IMG/VR virus record: IMGVR_UViG_3300012844_000034 | Coordinates: 1-37,773 of that record | DNA: 37,773 nucleotides | Strand: one strand, 5' to 3' | From: a virus | Taxonomy: Duplodnaviria > Caudoviricetes | Part shown: positions 15,749 to 26,452 of the stretch, piece after piece | Layout of the letters: each line of letters opens with the position of its first letter | Numbering within the stretch: the first letter of the stretch is position 1 | Program-made: the position numbers and the translations under genes | The notes under the pieces: generated by a model | Database searches by the model: none | Seen by the model: the letters and a program-made list of their open reading frames with translations, nothing else | Told to the model about the DNA's origin: nothing

Positions 15749-17791
15749 ATGCCCACCGGATACACAGACGGTGCCAAGGTGTACCGCGAAGCGTATTGCA
15801 GAGGGCTGAAGCCTGACCCCGATCTGTGGGTCGACGAGTGGTCGGACGAGTACATGCGGATCCCGCGTGATACCGGCGCCGCAGAGCCTGGCAAGTACCG
15901 CACCGCGCGTACCCCGTACGCCCGCGAACCCATGCGCTGCCTGTCTCCAGCCCACCCGTGCAAGCGGGTAGTGACCAAGGTCGCATCGCAGCTGATGAAA
16001 ACGCAGATTGCCCTCAACTGGATCGGGGCGCTGATCCACATGGCACCGTCAAACATCTTGACGCTACTGCCCAGCCTGGGGCTTGCCAAACGGGTTTCCT
16101 CGCGGATCGGTAAGACGATCGATGCAACGCCCGAACTCAAGGCGCGTGTGGCGGCTAACCGCTCCAGGGATGCCCGCAACACCATGGACACCAAGGAGTT
16201 CGAGGGTGGCACGTTGTTCGCCACCACGGCCGGCTCGGCTGCCAACTTGTCCGAGCTGTCGGCGCGGTATATCTACGGCGATGAGGTTGATCGTTGGGAC
16301 GTCGACGTCGACCAAGAGGGCGACCCCATCAAGCTGGCCGAAGCCAGGGGCAGTACCTTCGGCCGCAATGCCAAGTTCTATTTCTCCAGCTCACCGCTCA
16401 TCAAAGGGGCGTCGCGGATCGACGACCTCTTCATGATGGGCGACCAGCGCCACTTCTACGTGCCGTGCCCGACCTGTGGGCACATGCAGGTGCTCAGCTG
16501 GGACCGCCTGCTGTACTCGCCTGACTTCAGCACCGTGCACTACCAGTGCGCTGGTCCGGATTGTGATGTGCTGATCGAGGAGCACCACAAGAGCGAGATG
16601 CTGGCTAAGGGCGAATGGCGCGCGCACGCGAAAGGTGACGGCGAGACGGTGAGCTTCCAACTCAACGCACTGTATGCCCCGCTCGGCTGGCACTCGTGGA
16701 CGATGTTGGCCCGCGAGTTCGAGGAAGCCAAGCGCGCCCAAGACCGCGGCGACCTGGAGCCCATGCAGGTGTTCTACAACACCCGCCTGGCTGAGGTCTG
16801 GGACAGTGCGATCGAGCAGACCAAGGCCGAAGTGCTGCAGGCCCGCGCGCTGCAAGAAGACTATGTGCTCGGCACATTGCCCGTCGGGGCGCTTGCCTTG
16901 ACGGCCTCTGTCGACGTCCAGGCCAACCGCCTGGAGCTGATGACGATGGCTTGGGGTGCCGGGATGGAACGCTGGGTGGTCGATCACCAGGTGATCCCCG
17001 GTGACCCGGCCGACGAGCGCACTTGGGCGCTGCTCGATGACCGTCTCAAGATTCGCTACCGCCACCCTTGCGGGGTAAGCCTGGCGATCTTGGCCACTGG
17101 CATCGACTCCGGCGGCCACCACACCCACGAGGTCTACCAGTTCACCCGCGTACGCCGTTGGCGCAACGTGTTTGCGCTTAAGGGGGCTAGTAAGCCGGGC
17201 CGGCCTGTCATCGCCCAGCGCCCGTCGCAGGTGGACGTCACCTGGAAAGGCCAGACCGAGCGAAACGGCGCTGAGTTGTGGATCGTCGGTACCGATACGG
17301 CCAAGGACTGGATCTATAACCGCTACAGCTTCGAGAAGGGCCCTGGTGCGCTGCACTTCGCCAAAGACCTGCCGGACGAGTTCTTCCAGCAGTGTGTTGC
17401 CGAACGCAAGATCGCGCGCTACGTGAAGGGCTACAAGCGGATCGAGTGGGTCAAGAGCAAGGCCGAGCGCAACGAGGCGCTGGACCTCATGGTGTACAAC
17501 CTGGCCATGGCCAACTTCCTCGGCCTGCACCGGTACGTCGAAAACGACTGGGACAAGCTGCGGCAGGCGCTGGCGCAGGCCAGCCTGTTCGACCAGGGCG
17601 AGCAACAGCCAGCCCGGCCCCAGGCCAGTGAGCCGGCGCCTGATGAACAGGAAGAAGACGATCCGTCGCCACCCCCTGCACCAGCGCCGGCGAGGCGCAA
17701 CGATCCGCCACCACCAAAGCCGGCCCCGCCTGCCGCGCTCCAACCCATGCAACGCCGCAGCTCCAGCAGCGGTTACCTGAAGAGACGCTGA
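15749..17791 (+). CDS. Terminase large subunit (lambda GpA family)
   Basis: RTPYAREPM, ASQLMKT, YGDEVD, SSP, VPCPTCG, VDVQ and IDSGG motifs. Confidence 0.95.
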   Translation: MPTGYTDGAKVYREAYCRGLKPDPDLWVDEWSDEYMRIPRDTGAAEPGKYRTARTPYAREPMRCLSPAHPCKRVVTKVASQLMKTQIALNWIGALIHMAPSNILTLLPSLGLAKRVSSRIGKTIDATPELKARVAANRSRDARNTMDTKEFEGGTLFATTAGSAANLSELSARYIYGDEVDRWDVDVDQEGDPIKLAEARGSTFGRNAKFYFSSSPLIKGASRIDDLFMMGDQRHFYVPCPTCGHMQVLSWDRLLYSPDFSTVHYQCAGPDCDVLIEEHHKSEMLAKGEWRAHAKGDGETVSFQLNALYAPLGWHSWTMLAREFEEAKRAQDRGDLEPMQVFYNTRLAEVWDSAIEQTKAEVLQARALQEDYVLGTLPVGALALTASVDVQANRLELMTMAWGAGMERWVVDHQVIPGDPADERTWALLDDRLKIRYRHPCGVSLAILATGIDSGGHHTHEVYQFTRVRRWRNVFALKGASKPGRPVIAQRPSQVDVTWKGQTERNGAELWIVGTDTAKDWIYNRYSFEKGPGALHFAKDLPDEFFQQCVAERKIARYVKGYKRIEWVKSKAERNEALDLMVYNLAMANFLGLHRYVENDWDKLRQALAQASLFDQGEQQPARPQASEPAPDEQEEDDPSPPPAPAPARRNDPPPPKPAPPAALQPMQRRSSSSGYLKRR

Positions 17792-17792
17792 C

Positions 17793-17999
17793 ATGGCATA
17801 CACGAAAGCAGACCTCGCCACCGTTGAGCGTGCGATCGCGCGTGGTGAAAAGATCGTTCGCTACTCGGACCGCACCGTCGAGTATCGAACGGTCGACGAG
17901 TTGATCAAGGCCCGCGATCTGATCCAGTCCGAACTGGTCAAGGTCGCGGGGCCGCGCTCGCGCGTTACGCGGCTGTACCACGGGGGTAAGGGACTATGA
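17793..17999 (+). CDS. Head-tail joining protein (gpW-like)
   Basis: 68 aa between terminase and portal; RTVEYR motif. Confidence 0.8.
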   Translation: MAYTKADLATVERAIARGEKIVRYSDRTVEYRTVDELIKARDLIQSELVKVAGPRSRVTRLYHGGKGL

Positions 18000-19477
18000 G
18001 CGGGCGTTACATGTCCATCGGCCGCTCGGGCATCTTGGTGCCCGAGCGGATCAAGGCCAGCTACGAAGGTGCCGCCGAGGGGCGACGCTCGTCAGGGTGG
18101 GATGCGCCGGATACCGGTGTGAACAGCCTGATCATGCCTGCATTGCGCAACCTGCGCTCCCGCTCGCGCAGTGCGGTGCGCAATGACCCATACGCCGCCA
18201 ACGTCATCGACAAGCGTGTCAGCAACCTGATCGGCACCGGCATTACGCCGCATCCGCAGCTCGTCGACAAAGAAGTACGCAAGGCGATGCAGGTCCTGTG
18301 GGAGGACTGGGTGGATGAGGCTGATGCCGATCAGCTCACCGACTTCTATGGCCTGCAGGCTTTGGTGGCCCGAACGGTGGAGCAGTCGGGCGAATGCTTC
18401 GTCCGCTTGCGTCCGCGCCGGCTGGAGGATGGCTACGCCGTACCGCTGCAGCTGCAGTGCTTGGCACCGGAGTTCGTCCCGCATGACAAGTTCGAGGTGA
18501 CCCGCTTCGGCAATGTCATCCGCGCAGGGATCGAGTTCAACGGCATGGGGCGACGGGTGGCGTACTGGTGCTATCGCGTCCACCCCAGCGACAAGTCCTC
18601 GCTGAATGTCGGCTACAACCAGCTGGTGCGTGTCCCTGCCGAGCAGATGCTGCACATCTTCGAGCCACTGGAACCGGGGCAACTGCGCGGTGTGCCGCGC
18701 CTGGCGCCCGTCCTGAAGCGCTTACGCAGCCTGGACAACTTCGACGATGCGGTGTTGTTCCGGCAGGAAGTGGCCAACCTGTTCGCAGGCTTCGTGCGCA
18801 AGCCAACGCCGGACGGTCGGCCACAGCTTGATCCTCTCACCGGGGCGCCCGTCGACCTCGACCGGGACGGGTTCACCCCAATGGTTGGGCTGGAGCCCGG
18901 CACGGTGCAGGAGCTGGGGGCAGGCGAGGAGATCGAATTCTCCGACCCGCCGGACGCAGGCAACAACTACCGCGACTTCATGCGGCAGCAACTGATGGCT
19001 GCCGCTGCCGGTACCGGCTTGCCTTACGAGCTGATGACCGGCGACATGCAAGGCGTGAACGACCGGGCGATACGCGTGGTTCTGAACGAGTTCCGGCGCC
19101 GGCTGGAGCAGCTCCAGTTCCAGGTCTACGTCCACCAGTTGTGCCGTCCTGTGCGGCAAGCCTGGTTGGACATGGCTGTCCTGGCCGGGGCGCTCGACCT
19201 GCCGGACTACTCGCAGCGGCGCCGCGAATACCGGCGAACCCGCTGGGTACCGCAAGGCTGGGCCTACATCCACCCCGTTCAAGACGTCCAGTCCCGGCAG
19301 ATGGAAATCGCTGCCGGTTTCACCACGCGCAGCGAGACTTGCTTGCGCAATGGTACCGATGCCGAGGTGGTGGACGAAGAGAACGCCGCCGATCTCGCCC
19401 GGGCGCAGGGCCTGGGTATCAAGTACAGCACTTTGTCGGCGGTCGATGACGATCCCGACGAGAAGGAGAAAGCATGA
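17996..19477 (+). CDS. Portal protein (lambda family)
   Basis: YEGA, LRSRSRSAVRNDPYA, GQLRGVP and GWAYIHP motifs. Confidence 0.95.
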   Translation: MSGRYMSIGRSGILVPERIKASYEGAAEGRRSSGWDAPDTGVNSLIMPALRNLRSRSRSAVRNDPYAANVIDKRVSNLIGTGITPHPQLVDKEVRKAMQVLWEDWVDEADADQLTDFYGLQALVARTVEQSGECFVRLRPRRLEDGYAVPLQLQCLAPEFVPHDKFEVTRFGNVIRAGIEFNGMGRRVAYWCYRVHPSDKSSLNVGYNQLVRVPAEQMLHIFEPLEPGQLRGVPRLAPVLKRLRSLDNFDDAVLFRQEVANLFAGFVRKPTPDGRPQLDPLTGAPVDLDRDGFTPMVGLEPGTVQELGAGEEIEFSDPPDAGNNYRDFMRQQLMAAAAGTGLPYELMTGDMQGVNDRAIRVVLNEFRRRLEQLQFQVYVHQLCRPVRQAWLDMAVLAGALDLPDYSQRRREYRRTRWVPQGWAYIHPVQDVQSRQMEIAAGFTTRSETCLRNGTDAEVVDEENAADLARAQGLGIKYSTLSAVDDDPDEKEKA

Positions 19478-20625
19478 AATCCTTGAAACCCCTCCGCATC
19501 CTCAACAAAGCCCCCACGCAGCAGCCCGAAAACGAACAGCACTGGTACCGCATCAGCGCCGCCACCAAGGCCGAGGGCGTTGCTGACGCTGAGCCAAACC
19601 CGATCGAGATCTACATCTATGGCGAGATCGGTGGCTGGGGCATCACCGCCAACCAGTTCCTCCGCGACCTGAAGGCGATCGATGACGGTGTATCGCCGGT
19701 GCACGTGGCCTTCAACACCAACGGTGGCGACCTGTTCGAGGGCGTGGCTATCCACAACGCGCTGCACCGGCTGGGCGAACGCTGCACTGCCCGTATCGAT
19801 GCGCTGGCTGCCAGCGCAGGTAGCGTAGCGGTATGCGGCGCCCACCGGGTGGTGATGGCGTCCAACGCGATCCTAATGATTCACAACCCCTACACCTGGC
19901 TCGAAGGCGACGCCGAAGAGCTGCGGCGGGTGGCCGACGTGCTCGACCAGGCCTTCGAGGTGATCATCGCGGCTTACAAGGCTAAATCGCCTGACATCGA
20001 CGAAGTCGAGCTGCGTCGCTTGGTCAACGCTGAAAGCTGGCTCACCGCCGAGGAGGCACTCGCGCTCGGGCTCGTCGATGAGATCGGCAGCGGCGTGCAG
20101 GTGCGGGCCTGTTTGGGCAATGGCGCGGCCATGGCCCGCTATCAGAAAACCCCGCAGGCGTTGCTCGACCAGTTGTCCAGCAAGCCGCCAGCAGATGATC
20201 CGGCTAAGCCGCCTGCGTCGACCAAGTCTGAAGTCGCCGACTCCACGGCGCTGGCGCTCATGATCACCCAGGACTGCGCCAAGGCCGGTATCGGCAACCT
20301 GGCTGAAACGCTGATCGCTTCGACCAAGCTGACTGACACGGCCACGGTGCAGGCTGCGCTGAAGCAGGCCAAGGGTGTACACGATCTCTGTGTCGCGGCG
20401 CGGTTGCCCGAGTTGACGAAGGAATACGTCGCCGCCGGTCTGGACGCTGACGCGGTGCGGGCGCGGCTGTTCGAGAAGATTGTCAGCTCCGGTAAGGGCT
20501 TCGAGATCAACAACGCCTTGCCGCCGGCCGACGATGACCAAGAGAAGGTCAAGGCGCAACTCCCCAACCCATCCAGTGTCTGGGCTGCCCGCCGGCAGGC
20601 CGCCAACAAAGGAGCAAGACCATGA
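19474..20625 (+). CDS. ClpP-like head maturation protease with scaffold region
   Basis: IYIYGEIGGWG, NTNGGD, ALAASAGS, MIHNP and ESWLTAEEA motifs. Confidence 0.92.
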   Translation: MKSLKPLRILNKAPTQQPENEQHWYRISAATKAEGVADAEPNPIEIYIYGEIGGWGITANQFLRDLKAIDDGVSPVHVAFNTNGGDLFEGVAIHNALHRLGERCTARIDALAASAGSVAVCGAHRVVMASNAILMIHNPYTWLEGDAEELRRVADVLDQAFEVIIAAYKAKSPDIDEVELRRLVNAESWLTAEEALALGLVDEIGSGVQVRACLGNGAAMARYQKTPQALLDQLSSKPPADDPAKPPASTKSEVADSTALALMITQDCAKAGIGNLAETLIASTKLTDTATVQAALKQAKGVHDLCVAARLPELTKEYVAAGLDADAVRARLFEKIVSSGKGFEINNALPPADDDQEKVKAQLPNPSSVWAARRQAANKGARP

Positions 20626-20969
20626 GCAACATCCAACAGGAACCGGTCCATGCCGGTGAGTTCCTGCTTTCCGAGGGGGCGGGCAAGATCTCCCGCGAAG
20701 CCATCAACATCGCCGCTGGTCCGGCCCTGGTTGCTGGCCAGCTGCTGGGTCTGGTCACGGCATCCGGCGAGTTCGCGCCATACGATCCTGCGGCTGAAGA
20801 TGGTACCGAAAACGCCGTCTGCATCCTCTTTGCCCCGCTCGGCGAGTCGGATGTCTCGCGCCGTGGGCGCGCGGTGGTGCGGCTGGCCGAGGTCACCGAA
20901 GCGCTGCTGACGGGCGTTGATGTTGATGCCGAAAAAGCGCTGGCGTCACATTTCATCATCTTGCGCTGA
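20622..20969 (+). CDS. Head decoration protein
   Basis: EFLLSE...ISRE and YDPAAEDG motifs; located between protease and capsid. Confidence 0.85.
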   Translation: MSNIQQEPVHAGEFLLSEGAGKISREAINIAAGPALVAGQLLGLVTASGEFAPYDPAAEDGTENAVCILFAPLGESDVSRRGRAVVRLAEVTEALLTGVDVDAEKALASHFIILR

Positions 20970-20989
20970 CCTGACTAACTCTTCTTCCC

Positions 20990-21018
20990 AACCCCGCCTT
21001 GAGCGGGGTTCTTACTTT
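20990..21018 (+). terminator. Hairpin/terminator-like element before the capsid gene
   Basis: AACCCCGC-CTTGA-GCGGGGTT followed by T-rich bases. Confidence 0.4.
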
Positions 21019-21030
21019 CTGGAGTACCCC

Positions 21031-22026
21031 ATGGCTGAGATTGCCATTTTCCAAGACGATGCTTTCAGCGTTGCGGCCCTGACTGCGGCCATCAACGAGC
21101 AGGAGTATGTGCCGGGCCGCTTGGCAGACCTCGGTCTGTTCCGCGAAGAGGGCGTCCCAACCCTGACCGTCCAGCTCGAAAAGGACGGTGATACGCTGGC
21201 TCTGGTGCCTGCAGGTGAGCGTGGCACCTCTGGGCTGGTGGTTGGCGGCAGCAAGCGTCAGCTGATTCCGTTCAACACCATCCACTTGCCGCAGCGCTTC
21301 GCTATCAAGGCCGACGAAATCCAGGGCATTCGCGCGTTCGGCGCCCTGACAGAGTTGCAGGCTGTCCAGGCTGTAGTGAACAAACGCCTGAGTAAGGCGC
21401 GGAGTCAGCTGGATGCTACCCACGAATACCATCGAATGGGCGCGCTCAACGGCAAGGTGCTCGATGCTGACGGCGCTACGGTGCTGCTGGACATCTACAA
21501 GGTATTTGGCGTGTCGCAGCAGAAGCTGGCGATGGGCCTCAACGATCAGGAGTCGAATGTTCAGGGGCTGTGCGTGGACGCACTGGACATGCAGGAAGAT
21601 GCCCTCGGCAACGTCACCACTACCGGAGCGCGTGCCTTCTGCGGCAAGACGTTCTGGAAGAAGCTGATCGCCCACAAGTCAGTGGTCGACACTTACAAGG
21701 GCAGCCAGCAGGCCGCATCCCTGCGCGGCGATGGCCGTGAGTCGTTCGACTTTGGCGGTATCAGCTGGGAGCGTTACCGCGGCAAGGTCGGTGGCAACGC
21801 GTATGTTGCCGACGACGAGGCCCGCCTGGTGCCTGAGGGCGTCTCGGATCTGTTCCTGTCGATCTACGCCCCGGCGGACTACATCGAGACCGTTAATACC
21901 GAAGGCCTGCCGTACTACAGCAAGATCGAGGAGATGCCATTCGGCAAAGGTGTCGACGGCGAGGCGCAGTCCAACCCGTTGCATATCTGCACCCGTCCCC
22001 GCGCTGTTATCCGTCTGACGATCTGA
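21031..22026 (+). CDS. Major capsid protein (lambda gpE-like family)
   Basis: DAFSVAALTAAIN, IQGIRAFG, APADYIETVNT.GLPYY and QSNPLHICTRP motifs; GGAG RBS. Confidence 0.93.
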   Translation: MAEIAIFQDDAFSVAALTAAINEQEYVPGRLADLGLFREEGVPTLTVQLEKDGDTLALVPAGERGTSGLVVGGSKRQLIPFNTIHLPQRFAIKADEIQGIRAFGALTELQAVQAVVNKRLSKARSQLDATHEYHRMGALNGKVLDADGATVLLDIYKVFGVSQQKLAMGLNDQESNVQGLCVDALDMQEDALGNVTTTGARAFCGKTFWKKLIAHKSVVDTYKGSQQAASLRGDGRESFDFGGISWERYRGKVGGNAYVADDEARLVPEGVSDLFLSIYAPADYIETVNTEGLPYYSKIEEMPFGKGVDGEAQSNPLHICTRPRAVIRLTI

Positions 22027-22028
22027 TC

Positions 22029-22343
22029 ATGGGCTTTCGGGACCTGATCAGTGATGTGGATGAGGTGGTGTTCGACGTCCTGGGCGATCCAGCGCAAATC
22101 GATGGCCGTGATGTTCTCGGGATGTTCTCGGCGCCCTGGCTCCAACCGAAGATCGGTCAGATCAATACCGGCCTGCGTGAGCCGCACCTGGTCATCCGCG
22201 TTGGCGATAACGCGGGCGTTGAGGCGCGGCAGAGTGTCATGATCGATCTGCCGACCGAGGACGGTGGTGGCAACTACATCATCGCCCGCATAGAGCCAGG
22301 GGGCGACGGCCTGGTGACGCTCGTTCTGAGGAAATCGCCATGA
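22029..22343 (+). CDS. Head-tail joining/closure protein
   Basis: 104 aa, beta-rich, directly after the capsid gene. Confidence 0.65.
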   Translation: MGFRDLISDVDEVVFDVLGDPAQIDGRDVLGMFSAPWLQPKIGQINTGLREPHLVIRVGDNAGVEARQSVMIDLPTEDGGGNYIIARIEPGGDGLVTLVLRKSP

Positions 22344-23002
22344 GTGTCGGCAGCTATCACAAAGTGTCAGCCAGCGCAGGCTTGTTGACCCTGCAGATGA
22401 GTCCGCAAGACGTCAAAGGCTTCGAGGACTTTGCCAAGCTTGTGCCCAAGGCCATGGCAGCGGCTCAGCGGAGAGCTATCAACAAGACACTGCGCTGGCT
22501 TCGCGGGCAGATTGCGCGAGAGGTCGGGCGGCAAGAGCGAATCGCCATCGCTGCTGTGAGGCAGCGGCTCAAGGCGTTCCCGATGGGGAGCAATGGGCAA
22601 GGCAAGTTGTGGTTCGGTATTCGTCCCATTGAAGCCGGTCGCGCCGGCCGTCCCCGGCAAACCCGGGCGGGTGTGTCGGTGGCGGGGCGTCGTTATCAAG
22701 GGGCGTTCTACCGACAGGTGTACGGGGGCAAACCTGATATCTGGATTCGCACTGCCAGCAAGCACTTCGATGCCGCCGACTACCCGGATAGCGAAGTATC
22801 GGGCGTGGGTGGTCGTCGCTCTGGCTGGGTTTCAGAGAACGACAGCCGCTTTCCCCTGGCCAAGGCGAAGATCTCGCTGGATGACGTTCGACCGCATTTC
22901 GAAGCCTGGACTAACCGGGCTCACGAACGGTTGGAGGTGGTCCTTGAACAAGAGCTGAACTTTGAGCTGCATAAGTATTTGCGGAGAACAGGCAATGGTT
23001 GA
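22340..23002 (+). CDS. Minor tail protein (gpZ-like)
   Basis: Basic protein with RAINKT motif, in the neck-gene position. Confidence 0.7.
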   Translation: MSVGSYHKVSASAGLLTLQMSPQDVKGFEDFAKLVPKAMAAAQRRAINKTLRWLRGQIAREVGRQERIAIAAVRQRLKAFPMGSNGQGKLWFGIRPIEAGRAGRPRQTRAGVSVAGRRYQGAFYRQVYGGKPDIWIRTASKHFDAADYPDSEVSGVGGRRSGWVSENDSRFPLAKAKISLDDVRPHFEAWTNRAHERLEVVLEQELNFELHKYLRRTGNG

Positions 23003-23525
23003 TGACCCAATACCCCTGGCTCAGATCTATTACGCAATCGAGCAACACATCAGCGATGCCATTCCTGGCCTCGCGTATGTCGGCACGATGCCGGACGGGA
23101 TCGAGGTTGTGCCGGTGCCGGCGGTAGTGCTGGAGCTGGCAAGCCTTGAGAGTGCGGACAAGGACCCTGGTACAGGTGAAACCGCCGTAGATGCTCGTTT
23201 CGAGGCGCGTGTGATCGTTGGAGCGGAAGAGCCGAATTGCTTACATGTGGTGGCCTTCGTGGCGGCTCAGCTGGCGGTGCTGTTACGCATGCAGTCCTGG
23301 GGCTTGGCAGTTGAGTTTGCTCAGTTCGTCCGGGCAGAGCGGGACTGGAGCCGTCCGGAGTTAGATAGCTACGCGGTCTGGGTGGTTGAGTGGACCCAGG
23401 TGATTTACCTCGGTGAGGAAGAGTGGCCGTGGCCCCGAGAGCCCGGCCCAGTGCTGTTCGCCTTCGACCCGGACAGCGGGGAGGGGAAGGAACAGCACTA
23501 CCAGCATCCGGAGGCCATGGAATGA
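22995..23525 (+). CDS. Tail terminator/neck protein
   Basis: Acidic protein with PAVVLE and [13 protein letters not shown] motifs; precedes the baseplate spike. Confidence 0.65.
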   Translation: MVDDPIPLAQIYYAIEQHISDAIPGLAYVGTMPDGIEVVPVPAVVLELASLESADKDPGTGETAVDARFEARVIVGAEEPNCLHVVAFVAAQLAVLLRMQSWGLAVEFAQFVRAERDWSRPELDSYAVWVVEWTQVIYLGEEEWPWPREPGPVLFAFDPDSGEGKEQHYQHPEAME

Positions 23526-24103
23526 GCTACGCGAGCGCTCAGCATGACCGGATGCTGTCCGACCAGGTGATCAAGGGTTACGTAGTGGCCGTGGACCTGG
23601 TGGCCGGCAAGCTGCGCATGTCGGACGGTAGCGACTGGGTCAGTGCGTGGGTGAAGTGGCATTCCCTCGCCGCCGGCAAGGCTCGCCATTGGCGGTCGCC
23701 AAGTTTGGGCGAGCAGGGCGCATTGATCAGTCCGAGCGGGGACCCAGCCCAAGGCACGTTTGTGCCAGGCCTGTATGGCAATGCCGGTCCCCAGCCGGAC
23801 AATCGCGACCATGTCGAGGTATGGCGTTTCGACGATGGCGGGTCCCTGGTCTACGACTGGGCGGCCAATAGCTACACCATCCAGCTGCCCAGCGGCACGG
23901 TCAACATCGAGGTGGGCAGCAGCAAGGCGGTGATCACCGACGCCGCGATCAATGCCGAGTCGGCCGCCATCACAGCCAAGGCGCCCACCATCACCCTGCA
24001 GGGCAGCGTGGAGATAGTCGGGCCGTTACGCGTAACGGGCGACATTCTCGGTCTTGGAAAGATCATCGACACCGCCGGCAACACGGCGAACCACAAACAC
24101 TGA
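23522..24103 (+). CDS. Baseplate assembly protein V (spike)
   Basis: WRSPSLGEQ...SPSGD, FDDG...YD and a C-terminal HKH iron-binding motif. Confidence 0.9.
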   Translation: MSYASAQHDRMLSDQVIKGYVVAVDLVAGKLRMSDGSDWVSAWVKWHSLAAGKARHWRSPSLGEQGALISPSGDPAQGTFVPGLYGNAGPQPDNRDHVEVWRFDDGGSLVYDWAANSYTIQLPSGTVNIEVGSSKAVITDAAINAESAAITAKAPTITLQGSVEIVGPLRVTGDILGLGKIIDTAGNTANHKH

Positions 24104-24145
24104 CAGCCCGCTCTCGCGGGCTTTGTCTTTTCTGGAGCATGACTT

Positions 24146-24427
24146 ATGGCAGTCAAGAAAATTGACGAGACCGACGCGGCGGCGAGTTCGGACGCCTCCG
24201 CAGTTATACCTGTTGCCGATGGTGCTGGCGCCACAGTGGTGGTCGCTGAGCCGGTCGGTGTGACCTTTGCCGACAACGCCTACACCTCACGCTCGCTGTT
24301 CCTGCAGGCCGGTAAAGACCTGCGCGAGTTCAGGGTGCAGGCTGGTCGCGTGACCGTTCAGGCCGACGACACCGAGGCGGTGGCGTTCCTGCGCAAGCAC
24401 ACCGACCTGCAGCGGCTGGACGGCTAA
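24146..24427 (+). CDS. Phage hypothetical protein
   Basis: 93 aa, GGAG RBS, between the V and W genes. Confidence 0.65.
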   Translation: MAVKKIDETDAAASSDASAVIPVADGAGATVVVAEPVGVTFADNAYTSRSLFLQAGKDLREFRVQAGRVTVQADDTEAVAFLRKHTDLQRLDG

Positions 24428-24429
24428 GC

Positions 24430-24756
24430 GTGATCGGCGTGGACCGCAGGACCGGCCAGCAATCTACGGGCCTTGATCACCTGAAACAGTCGATTGAGGA
24501 CATCCTGACCACCCCCTTGAAAAGCCGGCGCATGAAGCCGGAGTACGGCAGTAACCTGCGCCGCTTTGTCGACCTGCCGGTTAACGAAGGCTGGAAAAGC
24601 GCCGTACAGGCCGAGGTTGCCCGCGCTCTGGGTCGCTGGGAGCCGCGCCTGCAGCTGGAGCGCGTCAAGGTCGTTTCGGTGCTCGACGGCCAGATTGGCC
24701 TGTTGCTGACGGGCCAGTACCTGGGCAACTCGGCCGTCGTGGAGGTGAGCGCATGA
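24430..24756 (+). CDS. Baseplate wedge protein W (gp25-like)
   Basis: HLKQSIEDILTTP..SR.M.PEYGS and WEPR motifs. Confidence 0.92.
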   Translation: MIGVDRRTGQQSTGLDHLKQSIEDILTTPLKSRRMKPEYGSNLRRFVDLPVNEGWKSAVQAEVARALGRWEPRLQLERVKVVSVLDGQIGLLLTGQYLGNSAVVEVSA

Positions 24757-25733
24757 TTGACCTGTCTTTGCTGCCCCCGCCCGACGTGGTGGAAAGTCTG
24801 GACTTTGAGGCGCTGTATCAGGAGGTGTTAGGCATCTTCCGCGCCCATATGGGCGACCAGTGGACCGCGCTGTTGGAGTCCGATCCGGTGGTCAAGCTGA
24901 TGGAGGTCATGGCGTACCGCGAACTGGTCATGCGTGCCCGGGTCAATGCGGCGGCCAAGGCCAGCCTGTTGGCCTATGCAAAGGGCGCTGATCTGGACAA
25001 CCGCGCGGCTGACTACGGCGTACAGCGCCTGACTATCCGTGCGGCGGACCCTGACGCGGTACCGCCGGTAGCGGCGGTGATGGAAGGCGATGAAGCGTTG
25101 CGCTACCGCACGCGGCTGTCGCTTGAAGCGCTGTCGGTCGCTGGCAGTAGCGGGGCATATGAGTATCACGCGCTGAGTTCGTCGGCTGAGCTGGTGCACG
25201 TTTCGGTCGATTCGCCCCGGTTTTCCGGAATGGCGGTGCCAGCCGCAGTGAGGTCGCAGTTGCCGGCCGGGGCAATCGTAGTGGTCTGTGACTACGACGC
25301 CGGCTTGGTCAACCCGCTGCCAGGTGACGTATCGCTGGCTGTGCTGGCTGGCTCGGGCAGCACGGTGCCCGAGCAGCAGCTGGTGGCTACCGTCCTCAAG
25401 GCGCTGTCGGCCGAGGCGGTGCGGCCGGTGACTGATCGGCCGCGCGTACAGGGCGGAATCCCGACTGACTTCAAGGTCGAAGCGGTGCTGTGGGTGGAAG
25501 ACGGTCCAGACCCTGAGGTTGTCCTTGCGAGGGCTCAAACAAGCCTGGATGCCGCTATTGCAGACGCTCGCCGGCTGGAAGGGCAATTACCCGTTTCGGG
25601 TATCTATGCGGCGTTACATGTAACGGGTATCAGCCGTGTTGACTTGGCCAAACCGGTGGAAGGGGTGGTGTGTGACAAGCGGCATTACCCGCGCGCCACG
25701 TCCATTGCCCTGACCACCAAGGTGGTCACATGA
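24753..25733 (+). CDS. Baseplate J protein
   Basis: IDLSLLPPPDVVE.LDFE, ESDP..KL, SVAG..GAYEYHA and VRPVTD motifs. Confidence 0.92.
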   Translation: MIDLSLLPPPDVVESLDFEALYQEVLGIFRAHMGDQWTALLESDPVVKLMEVMAYRELVMRARVNAAAKASLLAYAKGADLDNRAADYGVQRLTIRAADPDAVPPVAAVMEGDEALRYRTRLSLEALSVAGSSGAYEYHALSSSAELVHVSVDSPRFSGMAVPAAVRSQLPAGAIVVVCDYDAGLVNPLPGDVSLAVLAGSGSTVPEQQLVATVLKALSAEAVRPVTDRPRVQGGIPTDFKVEAVLWVEDGPDPEVVLARAQTSLDAAIADARRLEGQLPVSGIYAALHVTGISRVDLAKPVEGVVCDKRHYPRATSIALTTKVVT

Positions 25734-26452
25734 GCCTGCTGCCGCATAACGCCACGCTGCTGGAACGGGCGCTTGAGCGTGCTGGCGAGCTGGGTGTAGA
25801 CCCGGAAATCATCCGGGGCGTGGCCGATTCCGCGCGCTGCCCGCCCAACTTCCTGCCCTGGCTGGGCTGGGCGCTCAAGGTCGAAGGCTGGGAGGCGGCT
25901 TACATCGACACCCAGCGCCGCGAGCTGATCCACGAGGCGATCCCGGTGCACAAGACCAAGGGCACTGTCGGCGCGATCCGGCGGGTGCTCAAGGCGATTC
26001 GCGTCAACGCGGAGTTCAAGGAATGGCACCAGATCCCGAACGCTGCGCCGTACACGTTCCAGATCACGGCGTGGGCCAACGATAACCGGCCGGGGGAGGG
26101 CTCAATCATCTCGCCCGAGCTGGGTATGCGATTGCGCGCCCTGGTCGACGCGGCGAAGAACGAGCGCAGCCACTACGAGTTTCGGCTGGGCGCGCGCTTC
26201 GACGGCGGCCTGGTGCTGGGCAACGCCTTCCAGGCGCGCGCGGTGCAGCACCGGTCCATGGATGCTCAGGCGGTGCCCGTCGACCCCATGGCGCAGACGG
26301 TGCTGTTTGCCAATGCGCTCAACGCGTCCAGCGTGTCCCGGCGATTTGCCGAGGCGCAGGGCGTTCCCATTCAAGCAGAAGGCGCCCCGCTGGTGGCCAA
26401 CGCGGCGCATGTGCGCACGGTCGTGCGGGGCTACATGGAGGCTGTTCTATGA
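25730..26452 (+). CDS. Tail protein I (P2 gpI-like)
   Basis: SLLPHNATLLE, CP..FLPWLGW and H..KGT.GA motifs. Confidence 0.9.
   Translation: MSLLPHNATLLERALERAGELGVDPEIIRGVADSARCPPNFLPWLGWALKVEGWEAAYIDTQRRELIHEAIPVHKTKGTVGAIRRVLKAIRVNAEFKEWHQIPNAAPYTFQITAWANDNRPGEGSIISPELGMRLRALVDAAKNERSHYEFRLGARFDGGLVLGNAFQARAVQHRSMDAQAVPVDPMAQTVLFANALNASSVSRRFAEAQGVPIQAEGAPLVANAAHVRTVVRGYMEAVL

Noticed and set aside
17590-17760. Pro-rich tail of the large terminase as an inserted domain
   Set aside because: It looks like a low-complexity linker before the C-terminal basic tip, with no further signal
16391-17821. Long minus-strand ORF (476 aa)
   Set aside because: Antisense shadow of the terminase gene in high-GC coding sequence, with no motifs
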